Shown in pieces: positions 59,601 through 64,000 of a DNA stretch of 64,000 nt. Location of the stretch: assembly GCA_963774195.1 (NCBI GenBank), contig CAVZDY010000004.1, positions 365,878 through 429,877 on the forward strand. The letters run 5' to 3'. Position numbers and translations under genes: made by a program. Numbering within the stretch: the first letter of the stretch is position 1; the number at the start of each line of letters is the position of its first letter. This DNA is from an uncultured Alphaproteobacteria bacterium (lineage in GTDB: Bacteria > Pseudomonadota > Alphaproteobacteria > Rhizobiales > Beijerinckiaceae). The notes beneath the pieces are model-generated. The model was not told the origin of the DNA, made no database searches, and saw nothing but the letters and a program-made list of their open reading frames with translations.

Positions 59601-60889
59601 CGACGTCCGACCTCAATCCGAAGGCCACTCGCCGCGGCTTTCTCGGCGCGGCGGCGGGGCTTGCGGCTTTCACAGGACTCAGCAGCGCGCCGGGCGGGGC
59701 CCGCGCGCTCGAGGCGACCGAGTCCGCCCCGGCGGCGAGCGCGGTCGTGCCCTTCTGGGGCGAGCATCAGGCCGGCGTCGCGACGCCTCAACAAGCGTAC
59801 ACCTACCTCGCCGCCTTCGACCTCACGACGACCAAGCGCGCGGACGTCGAGACCCTGCTCCGCCGTTGGACCGAAGCGTCTGCGGCGATGAGCGAGGGAC
59901 GGCCGGTGGAAATCCCGGGCGATGGCGACCCGGACACCAGAACCGATCCGGCCGATGTGCTGGAGCTCTCGCCGTCGCGCCTCTCGATCACCTTCGGCTT
60001 CGGGCTCGGGCTGTTCGAGAAGAACGGCGTCGACCGCTATGGGCTCAAGGCGCAACGACCGGCGGCCTTCATCGATATGCCGCATTTCCCTGGCGAACAG
60101 CTCGCGCCCGAACGCACCGGCGGCGATCTTCTCGTCCAGGCCTGCGCGGATAACCCGCAAGTCGCCTTCCATGTGGCGCGCCAGCTTGCCCGCATCGCCT
60201 ATGGCGTCGCCGACCTCCGCTGGGTCCAGTCGGGATTCATCTCCGACTACGGCCCCGGCAAGACGCCGCGCAATCTCATGGGGTTCAAGGACGGCATTGT
60301 GAACCCCGCCACCGACGATCCAAAGCAGATGGACGCCGTCATCTGGGTCGGCGACGAAGCGCCCGCCTGGATGCGCGGCGGCGCCTACATGGTGGTGCGC
60401 CGGGCGCGCATCGCGCTCGAGCATTGGGACCGCATGAGGGTCTCCTTCCAGGAGCAGACCTTCGGGCGCCAGAAGCTCTCAGGTGCGCCGCTCGGCGGCA
60501 AGAACGAGTCCGATCCCGTCGACTTCGACGCCAAGGACGCCAACGGCGATCCGCTCATCCCCGAGAACGCGCATATACGCCTCGCTCGGCAGATGACGCG
60601 CGAGGGATCGCAAATCCTGCGGCGCGCCTACTCATACAACGACGGCGCCAACATCACCGCTGAGCGATGGCCGCCCTGGAAGCAGGGAATGGAGTTCGAC
60701 GCGGGTCTGATCTTCATCTGCCACCAGCGCGACCTCGCCAAGGGCTTCGTGAAGATCAACGACAAGCTGTCGCGCTTCGACATGATGAACCAATTCGTCA
60801 CCAATGTCGGAGGCGGCCATTTTGCCGTGCCGCGCGGCGCGGTAAAGGGCGAGTATATCGGTCAACGGCTTTTCGAGGCGTCTTCATAA
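59597..60889 (+). CDS. efeB: Tat-exported Dyp-type peroxidase (EfeB-like)
   Basis: Tat motif TRRGFL, NLMGFKDG, HIRLA, ILRRAYSY. Confidence 0.9.
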   Translation: MTTSDLNPKATRRGFLGAAAGLAAFTGLSSAPGGARALEATESAPAASAVVPFWGEHQAGVATPQQAYTYLAAFDLTTTKRADVETLLRRWTEASAAMSEGRPVEIPGDGDPDTRTDPADVLELSPSRLSITFGFGLGLFEKNGVDRYGLKAQRPAAFIDMPHFPGEQLAPERTGGDLLVQACADNPQVAFHVARQLARIAYGVADLRWVQSGFISDYGPGKTPRNLMGFKDGIVNPATDDPKQMDAVIWVGDEAPAWMRGGAYMVVRRARIALEHWDRMRVSFQEQTFGRQKLSGAPLGGKNESDPVDFDAKDANGDPLIPENAHIRLARQMTREGSQILRRAYSYNDGANITAERWPPWKQGMEFDAGLIFICHQRDLAKGFVKINDKLSRFDMMNQFVTNVGGGHFAVPRGAVKGEYIGQRLFEASS

Positions 60890-60914
60890 TGGAGAGCCCG
60901 TACAGGAGGCGACT

Positions 60915-61253
60915 GTGAACATTTTGATGCGGACCCTCTCCTGTGTAACTTTGGCGCTTCCCCTCGGCGCCGTCGCGCGCGCCGAGGACCTTGCGACCTA
61001 TACGCTGACCCTCAGCCATCATCGCTTCACGCCGGCGCAGATCGATGTGCCCGCTGGCCAGGCCTTCTACGTCACCGTCAAGAATCTCGACGACGCAGCG
61101 GACGAATTCGAGATGCACGCTCCGGCGATCGAGAAGGTGATCGCGGCCGGAGGCGAGGGAAAGCTGCGGTTCCGCCCGCTGGCGCCGGGCCGCTTTCCTT
61201 TCATGGGAGAATTTCACGCCGACACAGCGCAGGGCGTGATCATTGCGCAATGA
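60915..61253 (+). CDS. Cupredoxin-domain protein (EfeO/FtrB-like)
   Basis: Signal peptide, FTPAQIDVPAG, DEFE...IEKVI, PGRFPFMGEFH. Confidence 0.85.
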   Translation: MNILMRTLSCVTLALPLGAVARAEDLATYTLTLSHHRFTPAQIDVPAGQAFYVTVKNLDDAADEFEMHAPAIEKVIAAGGEGKLRFRPLAPGRFPFMGEFHADTAQGVIIAQ

Positions 61254-61303
61254 AGCGCTGAAACCAAAAAGGCCGCGCCGGTCGGCCAGGGAGGAGGAGC
61301 ACG

Positions 61304-61652
61304 ATGAAAAAGAAAATGCACGTGTCCGCGCTTGGGTTGGCAATCGCGCTGGCGAGCGCGGCGGTAGCGCCGACGCTCGCCGATGATGAGACGCACATCC
61401 CGATCTCGATCAAGGGTCACCGTTTTGATCCGGCCGAGCCGACCGCTCCCGCAGGCAAACCGGTGGTCTTCGAGGTGTCCAATCGCGATGGAACGCCGGC
61501 CGAATTCGAGAGCAAGGCGCTGCGCGTCGAGAAGGTCGTCCCCGGCGGCGGGACGGTGATGGTGAAGGTCCGTGCGCTGCAACCCGGCCGCTATCGCTTC
61601 TATGACGATTATCATGAAGAGTTCGACGGTAGGGTTCCTCGTCGTACAGTAA
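61304..61652 (+). CDS. Second cupredoxin-domain protein (apparent frameshift near 61620)
   Basis: FDPAEPTAPAG, AEFESKALRVEKVV, PGRYRFYDDYH; shifted tail STVGFLVVQ*. Confidence 0.8.
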
Positions 61653-61667
61653 GGGAAAGGGGCGACC

Positions 61668-62513
61668 ATGCTCGGCGCGCTGATTATAGTTTTTCGTGAG
61701 GTCATCGAAGCCGGCATCATCGTCGGCATCGTGATGGCGGTCACGAAGGGGTTGCCGGGCAGTCGGCTGATGGCGGCTCTGGGCGTGCTCGCTGGGGTTC
61801 TCGGCGCGTCGCTCGTCGCCGCCTTCGCGGGAGCCATCGCCAACGCGCTGAACGGCGTCGGACAGGAATTGTTCAACGCCTCGATCCTCGCGCTCGCCGT
61901 CTGCATGCTCACTTGGCACAACATATGGATGGCGAGCCACGGGCGCGAACTCGCTGCCGAAGCGCGTCAACTCGGCCAGGAAGTGCGCAGCGGCGCACGC
62001 TCCGGGATCGCGCTCGCGATCGTCATCGCAGTCGCGGTGATGCGCGAAGGCTCGGAGATCGTGCTGTTTCTCTACGGCCTCTCAGCCTCCGGCGGAACGA
62101 CCGCCAGCGACGTTCTGCTTGGCTCGATTCTCGGCCTTCTCGCCGGAGCGGGGCTCAGCACGCTGACCTATTTCGGACTGGTGTCGATCCCGGCGCGGCG
62201 TCTCTTCGGCGCCACCAGCGCGCTGATCACGCTGCTTGCGGCCGGCCTAGCGGCGCAGGCGGCGAATTTCCTCCAGCAGGCGGGCGTCGTCACGGCTTTG
62301 AGCCAAACGGCGTGGGACACCTCGGGCATCCTCTCCGACACGAGCATTCTGGGCCGCGTCCTGCACACTTTGGTCGGCTACAGCGATCAGCCCTCCGTGT
62401 TGCAAGTGGTCGTCTATTGCGCCACGCTGGCGACCATCTTCGCGCTGTCGAAGGCCTTCACCTCGCGCGCGATATCGCGCCGAGCGGCGGCGCCGGCGCC
62501 GCAAAGGGGCTGA
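61668..62513 (+). CDS. FTR1-family iron permease (EfeU/FtrC-like)
   Basis: Two RExxE motifs (REVIE, REGSE) and seven predicted TM segments. Confidence 0.92.
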   Translation: MLGALIIVFREVIEAGIIVGIVMAVTKGLPGSRLMAALGVLAGVLGASLVAAFAGAIANALNGVGQELFNASILALAVCMLTWHNIWMASHGRELAAEARQLGQEVRSGARSGIALAIVIAVAVMREGSEIVLFLYGLSASGGTTASDVLLGSILGLLAGAGLSTLTYFGLVSIPARRLFGATSALITLLAAGLAAQAANFLQQAGVVTALSQTAWDTSGILSDTSILGRVLHTLVGYSDQPSVLQVVVYCATLATIFALSKAFTSRAISRRAAAPAPQRG

Positions 62514-62594
62514 GGCCAAAATCAGGGTCGCCAACGGGCAGGGAATGGCCTAATTCCTTTCCCGCGCTTCGCCGCGCCAACATCGGAGAAGACT

Positions 62595-63146
62595 ATGGTT
62601 CGGATCGCCCGCCCGTTCGCCCTCGCTCTGCGCTTTGCCGCTCTCGCTCCGCTGACGATCATCGTTGCTCCGCTGCCGGTTCTGGCCCAGGCCCAGCAAG
62701 ATCAGGCGCCGCCGCAGGTTGCGCTGACCGACGCGCAGGTTCAGGCCTACCTCGACGCGCAGGGCGAAATGGCGGGGCTTACGACCAAGCAGGACGGCGC
62801 TCAGGACAAACCCGACCCGAAGGTCGAGGCGCAACTCGATGCGATCGCCAAGAAGCATAACTTCGCTTCGCTTGACGACTTCAGCGTCGTCGAAGCGAAC
62901 ATCGGAATGGTCATGGACGGCGTCGACCCGCAGAGCCGCAAATACGTCGGAGCCGACGTCGTGCTGAGGAAGCAGATTGCAGAGGTCCAGGGAGACAAGT
63001 CGATGGCGGCGGGCGACAAGAAGGCGGCGCTCGCCGAAATGAACGGCGCCCTGAAAGCCGTCCAGCCGCTTAAATACCAGGCCAACGTCGCCGTCGTCCT
63101 CAAATACTACGACAAGCTCGCCGCCGTGAGCGGCCAGACGGACTAA
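62595..63146 (+). CDS. Exported hypothetical protein
   Basis: Signal peptide ending VLAQA, helical body (LTDAQVQAYL...AKKHNFASLDDF). Confidence 0.75.
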   Translation: MVRIARPFALALRFAALAPLTIIVAPLPVLAQAQQDQAPPQVALTDAQVQAYLDAQGEMAGLTTKQDGAQDKPDPKVEAQLDAIAKKHNFASLDDFSVVEANIGMVMDGVDPQSRKYVGADVVLRKQIAEVQGDKSMAAGDKKAALAEMNGALKAVQPLKYQANVAVVLKYYDKLAAVSGQTD

Positions 63147-63164
63147 GGCCAGAGGCGATCGTCA

Positions 63165-63273
63165 TTTTGATCGACGCGGCGCTGCTGTCACCCCCGCGAA
63201 AGCGGGGCTCCAGACAACCGCCGCAGGCCTTGCCCTTTGACTCCTGTCATGCCCGCTTTCGCGGGCCTGACAG
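63165..63273. repeat. REP-like dispersed repeat, copy 2
   Basis: Inverted near-copy of 34869-34976, lying between convergent genes. Confidence 0.85.
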
Positions 63274-63288
63274 GATCGTCGCCCTGAG

Positions 63289-63972
63289 TCAGATCGCAGC
63301 GACCGCCTGGAGGATCGCACGGATTTGGTCGGCGAAGCCGCGCGACGGCGCCGGAAAGGCGCCGTCGATCGCCGCCGAGCCGATGGTGAAGCCAGCCGCC
63401 CCACTCGCTGCGACCTCGGCGATCCGCGCCGGGTCGTCGATCGAACCAGCGACGATCACCGGCTTGTCGACCGCCCCGACCACGACGCGCATCAGCGCCG
63501 GAACGTCGCCCGGACGACGATAGGCGAGGAGGTCGAGGCCCGCCACGCCTTCGACCGCGCATAGCGCTCGCGCGCTTTCGGCGATCTCGTCGATCTCGCC
63601 CTGCAATGTGCTCGGATGGCCGACGACTGTTCCAGGAAATGGCGCATAGCGGATGCCGGCGCTCTTGGCGATCGGCGCCACTTCCGCGGCGCGCACGCCG
63701 CCGAGCAGCCAATCGACGCCGAGGTCCGCGGCGACGCCGGCCGAGGCGAGTTCGCTTTGCCGGTCGAGCGAGACAACCTCGAAGAAAGCGCGGCCGCCGC
63801 CGGCCTTGGTCGCCCTCGCGAGCTCCTTGAGCGCTGCGCGGGACAATCCGACGTCCTTGAAGCCGACATTGCCGACGCCGAGCGCAAGCGCCTCGTCGAT
63901 CAGGGCGCGCGCCTGCGGGACCGTGCGATCGCGCTGCGTAGCCATGAAGATGAAGCCGACCGACATGGCCAT
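63289..63972 (-). CDS. Putative TIM-barrel enzyme of unknown function
   Basis: Alternating beta/alpha pattern, GFKDVG, GLDLLAYR, VIVAGSID phosphate-binding-like end. Confidence 0.7.
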   Translation of the reverse strand: MAMSVGFIFMATQRDRTVPQARALIDEALALGVGNVGFKDVGLSRAALKELARATKAGGGRAFFEVVSLDRQSELASAGVAADLGVDWLLGGVRAAEVAPIAKSAGIRYAPFPGTVVGHPSTLQGEIDEIAESARALCAVEGVAGLDLLAYRRPGDVPALMRVVVGAVDKPVIVAGSIDDPARIAEVAASGAAGFTIGSAAIDGAFPAPSRGFADQIRAILQAVAAI

Positions 63973-64000
63973 GACGATCTCGCCGCTGGTCGCCGAGAGC

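Noticed and set aside
58457-60889. 810-aa propeller-Dyp fusion in the ORF track
   Set aside because: An internal Tat signal with its own ATG at 59597, overlapped by a natural propeller C-terminus in another frame, indicates two genes joined by an indel near 59480.

Overview
High-GC alphaproteobacterial (Hyphomicrobiales-like) chromosomal window. The left 25.4 kb holds two tandem phage-related elements at tRNA-Arg(ACG). The first (1-~14.9 kb, left end outside the window) has an SF2 helicase, an HTH protein followed by iterons, terminase-like genes, an IS630-interrupted fibre gene, a G/GT tail chaperone with a -1 slippery site and a tape-measure-like gene, but no recognisable portal, capsid or tail-tube genes; it also has a 40-bp-period IHF-box/palindrome array. 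The second is a ~10.4 kb PICI-like satellite (14903-25354) bounded by a 46-bp att duplication, carrying integrase, excisionase, primase-helicase, DUF5681 and AbiTii-type cargo. The right 38 kb is mostly core genome: pyrC', plsY, dprA, Mo/W and Fe/B12 ABC transporters, ruvX, gatCAB, a histone-like protein, tRNA-Ser, vapBC, ettA, a GGDEF-EAL protein, sohB, a fluoride riboswitch with a CPA antiporter, a second IS630 truncating a GNAT gene, ornithine decarboxylase with a speF-like leader, and a predicted Irr-regulated ferrous-iron uptake operon led by OprB-family porins. Many single-base frameshifts, including four in essential gatAB, indicate indel errors in the assembly, so pseudogene calls are uncertain. 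All family assignments come from motif recognition by eye; no database searches were run.
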